From Octopus vulgaris (Eukaryota), in NCBI GenBank assembly GCA_951406725.2, contig OX597831.1, forward strand, positions 7,502,001-7,566,000: 64,000 bases of DNA, in the 5' to 3' direction. How positions within the stretch are numbered: position 1 is the first letter of the stretch; each line of letters starts with the position of its first letter. A program made the position numbers and the translations under genes. Under the pieces are notes generated by a model. It did not search any database. It was not told the DNA's origin and worked only from the letters and a program-made list of their open reading frames with translations. This document shows, piece by piece, positions 24,801-36,094 of the stretch.

Positions 24801-27800
24801 TAAAAAAAAACAACTTTTCAACATGGTGATAAGATTAGTATCAGTGTTGTTGTGATTGACTAAGGCTCCTTGAAGGTGGTGCTCCAGCCTGGCCGCAAAC
24901 TGAAACTAACAACAGTTGCTATGGAAGTAGCTTGGTTATTTTGTTATGTTTATGTCCTGTATTAGTGTTCAAAATATGTCCTTATCAAGACCAAAATCTT
25001 AATAAAAGAATTATGGCTTTATTTAAACTGTATCAAAGGAATTGTAACAACTGATAAGAAGTCTAAAGTCATTTGGTCGTTTGTTGAAACATTGACAAAA
25101 AACAATTGCTTTTTTATGATAAACTAGAAATTGTTGTTTGCTCCTAGGTTAGTTTTGGTTCAGTAGGCTTTTATGGTCATGGTTGGATTGCCAGTTGCAC
25201 AAAGCTGCTACAAGTTGTTACTGGAATCTCCAGTCAGTTCCGGAAAGGAATGAGATCGTTGCCAAAGCAACAAGATGGCCTTCATGCCGATGGAAAGTTA
25301 AACACACCATTCAAGCGTGATCGTTACCGCGTCACCTTACTAGCACTTGTGCTGGTGGCCCATGAAACATTCGAGTGAGGTCGTCGCCAGTGCCACTGGA
25401 CTGGCTCTTGTGCAGGTGACATGTAAAAAGCACCATTTGGGTATGGCCGTTGCTAGTACCACCAAACTGGAGTAGTTGGCGTTAGGAAGGGCATCCAGCT
25501 GTAGAAACTCTGCCAGATCAGATTGGAGTCTGGTTCGCCAGACCTCAGTCAAATCGTCCAACCCATGCTAGCATGAAAAGTGGACATTAAATGATGATGA
25601 TGATGAATAATCACCCATTGCCTAATATGTTGTATAATGACAAACTATTGAACAGTATTTCAGTTCTACATTTTGGACCACAATATTTTCACATGAAGAT
25701 ACTTTCCTTCCTCAGTATTTAGTCTGTTGTATGGTTAAACTAGATCTGAGGTGGTTCACTTTTTCTATTCATGAAGTCAGAGGTGATGAGCTGGCAGAAC
25801 CGTTGCAATGACGGACAGCAGCATTTCTTCTTACTATAGGATTTGAGTTCAAATGCTGCCAAGGTTAGCTTTGCCTTTGATTCTTCAGGGGTCAGTAAAA
25901 TAAGTACCAATTAGATACTGGAGTCAATGTAATCAACCATCCTCTCATCATCGTTTAACGTCCGCTTTCCATGCTAGCATGGGTTGGACGAATGACTGAG
26001 GGCTGGTGAACCAGATGACTGCACCAGGCTCCAATCTTGATCTGGCAGAGTTTCTACAGCTGGATGCCCTTCCTAACGCCAACCACTTCGAGAGTGTAGT
26101 GGGTGCTTTTACATGCCACCGGCATGGAGCCAGTCAGGCGGTATTGGCAACGACCTCGCTCGAATCTTTTTACACATGCCAACGGCACAGGTGCCAGTAA
26201 GGCGATGCTGGTAACGATCACGCTTGAATGGTGTCTTTTACGTGCCACCGGCATGGAGGCCAGATAGCCGCTCTGGCAACGATCATGCTCGGATGGTGCT
26301 CTTAATACCCTACTAGCACGGGGCTCGAGTGCCAGTAAGGCGATGCTGGTAAGGATCATGCTCGAATGGTGCCTTTTAAGTGCCACTGGCACGGAAGCCC
26401 TCTAAAATTGCTCACCATATTCCAAAATTTGGTATCTTTATGTATGAAGTCAAAATAATACTTTAGTGTCAATGAGAATCTTTCTGATCTAAAAGTGTTG
26501 GTTCAATACTAGGGTGAATTTTTTTAGATGAAGGATTCCATGCATAGTCTACTAATTTAAAAGAATACAGATGACTGGAAGATGCTGGTGTGCAACCGGC
26601 AAGTCTGGGTAAGTGGAACCTGTTTGAGACAAGCAATGGAATAGTGTAATGGTACAGGGAATATTTTGATGGAAGCCAAGCTTTGTGTTGATCACTGAGT
26701 TGGTGTTGACTGTGAAAGATTAAAGGAATTGTAACACTTTAATGTTTGAAGTTTTCCGACCCTTTTTTTTTCTGGTCATATTTAAACTAATTTAAACTAA
26801 TTGTCACAGCAGTTACCCACAACTATTTCCAAGATTTGAAGAGGAAAATCTGGAGATTTCAGTTTACAAACGAATTAATTGGAGGCTGACCACAAGGAAA
26901 AGGATTCCTTCAAGTTATCATTTTTCTCTGAATAATATAGAATGATGTTTTTCTTTTTTATTTTGTTGTGGCAATTTTTATTCTTCTTTTAGTGTTCTCA
27001 TGTCTAAGGACAGAACTCGTGTGTGTGTTATGATATTGTTAAACATTGGCAGATTGCCAGATTCTACCCAAATTTTGTTGGAGATGTTGTCTTAAAAAGA
27101 AAGAATTTAAACATTTCGGTGCAAGCACATGGTTCTAGGTTCAGTCCCACTGCACAGTGCATTGGGCAAGTATCTGAGTGAGGCCAATCTAGTTAAAAAC
27201 GGAACCTATTTAAGGCTTCACCAATAATTTACAGATGTAATAAGGGATTGCTTCATCATTAGACATTACCTTCTAATCAACCAGTGCCTTGTGAATGAAT
27301 TTGGTTGAAGGAAACTGAAAGAAGCCTGACATGCATGTATGTGTGTCTGTTTGTCCCTCACCTGTCACTGCTTGACAGCCATGTTGATTTGTTTCCCCAT
27401 AACTTTGTGGTTCTGCAAGAGAGCCTGGTGGGACAGGTACCAGCCTTTAAAAAAATCAAACACTGGTTTTGATGTATTCAACTAAACCCTTCAGGGTGAG
27501 GTTTCCGCATGGCTGCTGTCCAATGACTGAAACAAGCAAAAGAAAGATATGCTTGTTTAAATGCATACTTCAGTCAATACTTAACACTTTGACTGCTATT
27601 TTTGCCTTGTCCCATTACCTTCTAATGATGAAGTAATCCCGTATTACATCCGTAAATTATTGGTGAAGCCTTAAACAGGTTCCATTTTTAACTGGATTCG
27701 CCTCACTCAGATACGTCAACATCACAAAACACCTTCTGAGTCAAAAATTTCTCTCTCTTTCATTAATGAAGCTTGACTTACTTTCTTTATTTTAATTTTG

Positions 27801-29406
27801 TTGTAGAATTAATTGAACCCGCTTTCAAAACAGTAACCATTCATCATCGTTTAACGTCTGCTTTCCATGCTAGCATGGGTTGGACGATTTGACTGAGGAC
27901 TGGCGAACCAGATGGCTGTGCCAGGCTCCACGAGAGTGTAGTGGGTGCTTTTCCGTGCCACCAGCACTAGGGCCAGTCTGGCGGTACTGGCAACGGCCAC
28001 GCTCGAAATGGTGTTTTTTACGTGCCACCTGCACAGGAGCCAGTCCAGCAGCACTGGCAACAACCTCACTCGAATGTTTTGTTCACGTGCCACCGGCATG
28101 AGTGTCAGTAAGGTGACACTGGTAACGATTACGCTAACCATTCATTTACATCTTTTACTTATGTCAGTCATTGGACTGTGGCCATGCTGGGGCACTGCTT
28201 TGAAGGGTTTAGTTGAACAAATTGCACCCGAAAATAATTACTTTTAAGTCGGGCACTTATTCCTGTCACTTTCTTATGCTGAACTGCTAAGTTATGGGGA
28301 TGTAAACAAACCAACACATTTGTCAGGCAAGGGAGAGGGACATTTACATATCCACGCACACACACACACACACACACAGGGCTTCCAAACAGTTTCCATA
28401 TATCAAATTTACTCACAAGACATTGGATGGCCTGGGGCTACAGTAGTAGAACACTTGCCCAATGTGCTGCATAGAGGGATTGAACCTGAAGCCATGTGGT
28501 TGCCAAGCCATGCCATGCCTGTGGTTTTTTTTTTTTTTTTTACTATTTTGTTGTTTGTTTGTATAATCTTGTTGAAATGTCTTTGCAGGTTGCCAGCAGC
28601 CGTGTGCTGTCACCTGATGCTAAAGTATTCATTCCACAGCAGTGTAAAAGTGCAACGGCTGCTGTTCTTGTTCCAAAGGATACTTCTATTGTAGCTCAAT
28701 CTTTTGAGACAATCCCTGATGGAAGTTCAAAACATCCCAATAGAATGGCTGGTAGTTTCACTGCACTTGGAATGCATACTGGTGCATCTCCTATGCTGAC
28801 AAATGGGTAAGTGGCTGTCAGAATTTCATTTATTAATGCTATGTTCTTTTGATGTTCCTGAGTAACTGTTCTGTGTTAACTCAGAGTCCCTTTTTCAAAT
28901 TCTCTTTGACTCCCACAAAAAACCCTAAAAGCTTTTTTTTTCCAATAATATCCTAAACAAGATATAAAAACCCTATTTTTGAGTTAAACAATCCAAAGTT
29001 AATACAATTTTTCTCCTCAATTCGTTATGAAATCAGTCTTTGTCTACATCGTTAAAATACCTGCAAGAATTTAAAACTGAAATTAACAATTGACATCTTC
29101 TTATTTTTTTCCAATTTTCAGTGATGTTGGCAACTGGCATGTAGCCAACCAAATGACAGACAACAAGGGTTATTTTGGTAAGTAAAGGCAGATATATTTA
29201 TATTTATTCTTTTGTTTCAGTCAGTTGACTGTGGCCATGCTGGAGCACCACTTTTAGTCGAACAAATCGACCCCAGGACTTATTCTTTGTAAGCCTAGTA
29301 CTTATTTTATCGGTCTCTTTTGCCGAACCACTAAGTTATAGGGACGTAAACCCACCAACATCGGATCGGTTGTCAAGCGATGGTGGAGGGGGGACAAACA
29401 TACATA

Positions 29407-29446
<40 letters not shown>

Positions 29447-32400
29447 CGACAGGCTTATTTCAGTTTCCATCTACCAAATCCACTCACGGTGTTTTGGTCA
29501 GCATGAGGCTGTAGTAGAAGACACTTGCCCAAAGTGTCCCACACTGGGACTGAACCCAGAACCATGTGGTTGGTAAGCAAGCTACTTACCACACAACCAC
29601 TCCTGCATCTATATATTTTTTTAAAAAAAGCTTTGTAGATATTGATTCTTCTAATAATGCAAGGTGAGAAATGTCTCTGTAGCTGTGACTGTGACTGAAT
29701 CTAGTAATGAAGCCCATCGTAAAAGCATCAACAGAAAGGATTCAATCACTTGAAGCATTATGAGAATTGTTGATGCAGAAGAGTGAAGAATTGGTAAAAT
29801 CGAATTAGGAGAATCACTTCTTTTTTTTTTTTTTACATCAAAATAAAAATTGTTCTTGAGGAGACCTATTGAGTCAAGTACATCAACATCAAAATAAAAA
29901 TTCAAATGGAAATTGTAGTTAAGACACCCGTGCCGGTGACACGTAAAAAGCACCGTCCAAACGTGGCAGATGGCAGCGCCGCCTGAATGGCGTCCGTGTC
30001 CGTGACACATAGAAGCACCAACCGATCATGGCCGTTTGCCAGCCTGCTCTGGCCCCTGTGCCAGTGGCACGTAAAAATCAGCCACTACACTCACGGAGTG
30101 GTTGGCGTTAGGAAGGGCATCCAGCTGTAGAAACACTGCCAGATCAGACTGGAGCCTGGTGCAGCCTCCATGGCTTACCAGATCCCGGTCGAACCGTCCA
30201 ACCCATGCTAGCATGGAGAACGGACGTTAATCGATGATGATGATGAAGGTTTTGGTTAGCCGCAGGTTAACCAAAGATTTGTAAATGGATTTGGTTGATG
30301 GAAACTGGAAGAAATCTTTTATATATGTGTGCTTGTGTGTGTGTGTGTATGATTTGGTGTCTCTTTGTCTTGACATCGTGTGATTGTTGTAAACGAGTGT
30401 CACTCTCATACAGGTGCTTTACTTCATTTCCAATCTTCTGTGAAAACCTGGTCAGCCATGTGGAAATATCTTGTTTTTGGAAACAGGTGAGGGTTAGCAA
30501 CAGGAAGGGCATCTGGCAGTAGAGACTATGCTTAAAGACATTCCATTTAACCGATGCAAGCATGGGAAAGTGGACATTAAATGATGATGATTCAGGGACC
30601 GAATGATTCTCAGAGCCCTCCAATTCCTAACCAGATCCTTAAACCTTCACTAGAAAACCAACATGAACTGCTGTTTTGGTTTCCGACTTGGTAGATGGAT
30701 ACAAGTTGAAGTATGTCTACTTTAAGTAGAGCATTAAATTGTTGTTTGTCATAGAGTTAAATATTTATTTTTAGGGATTTTAAATATTTCCTTATTTTAA
30801 GAATCCTTTTGTCTTTTTCTAGTGAAAGGCAACCGAAATGGCAAGATGAACAAATCTCCTCGTCCTCTACAAAAACAAATGGATGAATATATGTACATGC
30901 CAGCTGGTGTATCCATCACGACTCCTCAACCAACTCCGATATTGTACAACAGAGTTAATTACTCACCCACAGCCAGTTCTAGTTATGTGTATATATCATA
31001 CCCACCAAATGCCAATTCTGCTTACAATTTTGCCCTTGGTCCTCCTCCACCACCACCACCGCCTCCTCTGCCGCCTGCACAACTCAGCCAGTCAGCAACA
31101 GTCCATGGCCCTTTGCCCCAGCCAAGGAACCAGGCATCAGTGCCAGCTCTACACAACAATCCTTATGGTATGGAAGCAGCTCTGATGTCTTCCAATTACC
31201 CGAAAAATTCACCTGTCAAAGTTTACACCCCAAACTTGCAGAATTATGAGGAATGGCCTGAAATGAAATCAACCAAAGTAAGAATTCCTCTTAATAATCT
31301 GAGTTGATTTGTCATTGAATAATGGAACATTCTGATTTTGTTGCTGTGGTGTCTTTCATTCAGTTTGCATAAAGTTTTTTAAAAAAGAGTTATCAGAATT
31401 TAAATAGATGAGAGTTGCATCTTGTCTTGAAGTAAAGCGTTAACCTTTTCAGGCTGGAATATTCTTGATTGCATCATAACCAGTGGATGAGCGCTAAAGG
31501 TCTATTAGAGTTCCAACATTAATTTTTTTCAAATGAGAGAAATATATTTTTTAACATTTATATATTTGCAGAGAGGTCGCAGCCATCTCAGCTAGCAGGA
31601 CTTGCTACCCTGGACTGATGATGGGCAAGACCCAGAAACATGTCTCCAGGTGCTAATCCTAGCTGGTGGGGATGCTTGCCCCCCCTTTGCAAATATTAGG
31701 ACACAGGAAATGTGTCAAAGCCAACAGGAAGCGTCGATGCTTCCTAGGGCTAAATAGCGGTGGTGTGATTCCCTTTACGGGACTGTCACGTTGTGTTGAC
31801 AGTATACAACCACTATATTTTTTAACAATTTTTTAAAAACCAATTTCAGTTACATTATGTTTTAAGTGTAATTGAATTCCAATTATATTTCAATTCTTAA
31901 CATACACCTTTCTTGACTTTATATAAATTTGTTTTTGAATATTGTTTCCTTCCTTCTATCATTTCACTAAATAGTTAATTGTGATGTTATTCATAGCTTT
32001 TCCCTGTCATCAATTTGTATCGTTAAAGTTTTAAACAAAGATCACAACTGTACTTGCAAGGTAATAAATCACTCGAAACTTATTACAAGTCAAAAATGAA
32101 AATAATTTGTCTTATCAGGAGAAAGATAAAATATGACAAAATATAAAATTTAAAATAATTTAGAGAAGAAAATATATTGTTGAAACCCATTTTTTAATTT
32201 TCTATATTAGTATGTGGGACACTGGTCTGCTTCGTTGCCCACTTTTCTCTTGATCCTTTGTCACCTTGAACTTGAGCTTCCAAATCGTGGTGGCTTACCT
32301 GACCTCTTCTCTCGTAGCCTTCAATATTTTTTCCATATTAAAAATTCTGAACATATTAAAAATTCTGAACTCTCTTTCTCTCTAACTTTCTCTCTTTCAC

Positions 32401-35400
32401 TCTAAGAAAATCACAAATGCTCTGATTCTATGAACAACAGTTGAACCAGTCTTGTACTTGATTTTGCATTTATCAAAAATCAATGGAAATTGCAGTTGTA
32501 ATACCAGTGCCGATGGCACGTACAAGAACCATCCGAATGTGGCCATTGCCAACGCCACCTTGAGTGGCCTCTGTGCCGGTGGCACGTAAAAAGCACCAAC
32601 CGATCCTAGCCGTTGCCAGCCTCCCCTGGCACCTGTGCCAGTGGCACGTAAAAAGCACCCACTACACTCACTGAGTGGTTGGTGTTGGGAAGGGCATCTA
32701 GCTGTAGAAACTCTGCCAGATCAGACTGGGCCTGGTGCAGCCTTCTGGCTTCCCAGACCCCAGTCGAACCGTCCAACCCATGCTAGCATGGAAAGCGGAC
32801 GTTAAACGATGATGATGAAAGTTTCTCTGTCTGGCTCTCTCTCTCTACCCCTTCTTTTTCTCTTCTCATTTCTTTCTTCTTTCTTTCTTTCTTGTACTCT
32901 ATTCTGTTTCCCATGCTATTTATGCATTTTTATTATTTAAACATGATTATAAGATTCCTTTTATTAATATATATCCATCCAAATACATTTTCTAGAATGC
33001 CCAATCTTCAAAGAAAGTGAATAATGGAACTCAGAAAGAAAAGACTAAATTGAATTCTAAGGGACATTTTAAAAATGAAGCTTCTCAAAAGTCTGTAAAA
33101 CTAACTGAAATCGCAGTACAAACGGGTGAGTCAGTTTTTCTCTCTTTTCTGTTCCCTATTCGGGCAAATATGGCTGCGGGATTAAGAAGCTTGCAACTAT
33201 AGAGTTTCTAGTTCTGTCCCACTGTGCAACATCTTAGACAAGTGTCTGCTATAGTCCTGGGCCAACTAAAGCCTTGTGAGCGAATTTGGTAAACAAACTG
33301 TATGGAAGAAAGGCAGCAAGCTAGCAGAAACGTTAGCACGCCAGATGAAATGCTTCGCGGTATTTCGGCTGTCTTTATGTTCTGAGGCGGCGAGCTGGCA
33401 GAAACGTTAGCACGCCGGGCGAAATGCGTATCCGTATTTCGTCTGCCGTTACGTTCTGAGTTCAAATTCCGCCGAGGTCGACTTTGCCTTTCATCCTTTC
33501 GAGGTCGATAAATTAAGTACCAGTTTCGCACTGGGGTCGATGTAATCAACTTAATCCGTTTGTCTATCCTTGTTTGTCCCCTCTATGTTTAGCCCCTTGT
33601 GGGTAGTAAAGAAATATATGTTCTGAGTTCAAATTCCGCTGAGGTGAACTTTGTCTTTCATCCTTTCGGGATCAATAAATTAATCACCAGTTACGCACTG
33701 GGGTCGATGTAATCGACTTAATCCCTTTGTCTGTCCTTGTTTGTCCCCTCTATGTTTAGCCCCTTGTGGGCAATAAAGAAATAAGAATCTATATGGAAGC
33801 CTGTGGTGTGTGTGTGTGCATGCATGACTTTGTGTCTGTGTTTGTTCTACTCCACTGCTTGACAACTGGTCTGTTTACAACCCTATAACTTAGCAATTCA
33901 GCAAAAGAGACTGATGGAGTAAAGAAAAATAAGTCCTGGGATCTATTTGTTTGAGTAAACTCTTTAAGGCAGTGCCTCCAGCATGGCCACAGTTCAGTGA
34001 CAGAAACATGTAAAGACTAAAAGATCATAAGCACAGGCTGTGTGGTTAAAAAGCCTGCTTAACAACCCTGTGGTTTTGGATTCATTCCTTCTGGATGACA
34101 CCTTGGGCAAGTGGCTGAAAGGTAAAGAGGCACAAGCATGGCTGTATTGTAAGAAGTTTGCTCCCAACCATATGGTTCCAAGTTCAGTCCCACTGCACTG
34201 CACACAGGGCAAGTGTCTTCTTCTATAGCCCTGGGCTGACCAACACCTTGTGAGTGAATTTGGTAGGTGGAAATCGGTCATGTGTCCCCTTTTGTTTGTC
34301 CCTTCCTCCAATGCCACTTGACAGTCTGTAACTTAGACGTTTGCAAAAGAAAGTCTGGCTCTCTGCATTCTTGAGTTCAAATCCTACTTCAGTGGTGGGC
34401 TTTATCCATCACCAGGCATTGGGACCAGGTCTCTAATTTAAGGATAGCTTTCTCCTCTCTCCCTCCCACTTGAAGACTTTATAGGATAAGTACCAAACTT
34501 TAAAAAAAAACCCAAATATTTGGGTTGATCTGTTTGACAAAACCCCTGCAAAGGTGGTACCCCAGCATGGCCGCAGTCCAGGGACTGAAACAAGCAAAAG
34601 ATTAAAAAGGAACTTTAGCATCACTTGGAAACTAGAGAATTAAAGACTGGAAAGCCAAAACTGACTTTTTATAGCAGTTGATTCTAAGGGTTTTGTGTTC
34701 AATTATTTTCAGTTAAAATTCTGTTGAGAGAAAACAGCTGTTTTACTCTATCTTTTATTGCCTATTGATCATTGATCTGTGAAAAATGTATTGTCTTTTC
34801 AGATTTTTCTCCTGAGTTGGAAAACTTGACACTTTCTGAAAAACCCAGCTCTTTGTTTTCTTTTAATAAGACCCGAATTCGTAGTCATTCAAACCAATGG
34901 ATCAGTAACTTGACTGACTCCGAAGAGAAGGACTCCGACAGCGGCTATAGTAGTCCACTACATCGGCGCAATGTTGTGTCAAATGGTACACATGTTGCTC
35001 CGGAAAGACTTGCGCCCAACACTAAACAACCACCACCTCCTCCTATTGCAACTACTCCTACTACTACCACCACCACCACTACTCCTCCTCCTCCTAGCGT
35101 GGCTAGTACGACCACCACACAGCCTACCAGTTTCAGCTATGCTGCCATTGCACAGAGACCAGCAAAATCAACATTAAGGAATGATTACCCAGTAGGTGGC
35201 GCTGTGGCAATACCGTCAGTGGAATGTTCGACAAGTGATAATAAAAACCTGGAACCTAAATCCGTTGAAGAAGCTGGGAAGAAAAGACAAAAACAGAATC
35301 GTCGCAAGAAGAAAAAAGATCGAGATGTTAGCAAAGGGAGCAACTTTTCAAGCCCAGGTCAGACCCCAAGATCAGGTTTATCAAACTCTGTCTCAATGGA

Positions 35401-36060
35401 TGATATGATGATACAAGATGAAGATTTCTGTGAATTACCTTCTAATAAGGAACCTGTTGCCTCCTCTGCTCCAAGAATGAAATACTGTGATATCTTGAAA
35501 AATGTAAGTTTTTTTTTTTTTTTTTTTTTACGATCTCATTAACATTTTTCTTATGTTTCTACGTTGTGTTGCCTCTAAGCAAACTAGAAACATAGTTTGT
35601 ATACCATCATCATTGTTTTACCATCCATTTTACCCATTTGGTTGAGGTATTTGGGTTGATCTGTTCGGCAAAAACCCTGCAAAAGTGGTACCCCAGCATG
35701 GCCACAGACCAGGGACAGGAACAAGCAAAAGATTAAAAAGAAACTTTAGCATCACTTGGAAATTGGAGAATTAAAGACTGGGAAGCCAAAACTGACTTTT
35801 TTATAGTGGTTGATTCTAAGTGTTTTGTATTCAATTATTTTCAGTTAAAATTCTGTTGAGAGAAAACAGCTGTTTCACTCTATCTTTTATTGCTTTGGTT
35901 GAGGCAGATGTTTTTGTGGCTGGATGCCCTTCCTGTCACCAACCCTCACCTGTTTCCAAACAAGGGAATATTTCCCTCAGACCAGACATGTTTTTGCAGA
36001 ATATTGGAAATAAACGACAATCATTTACAACAGTCATGCAACGTCAAGACAAAGACACCA

Positions 36061-36094
<34 letters not shown>

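Noticed and set aside
31615-31621. CTGATGA as a C/D-box snoRNA
   Set aside because: No matching terminal box D or stem. The adjacent GAAAC, GUC and complementary stem I fit a hammerhead instead.
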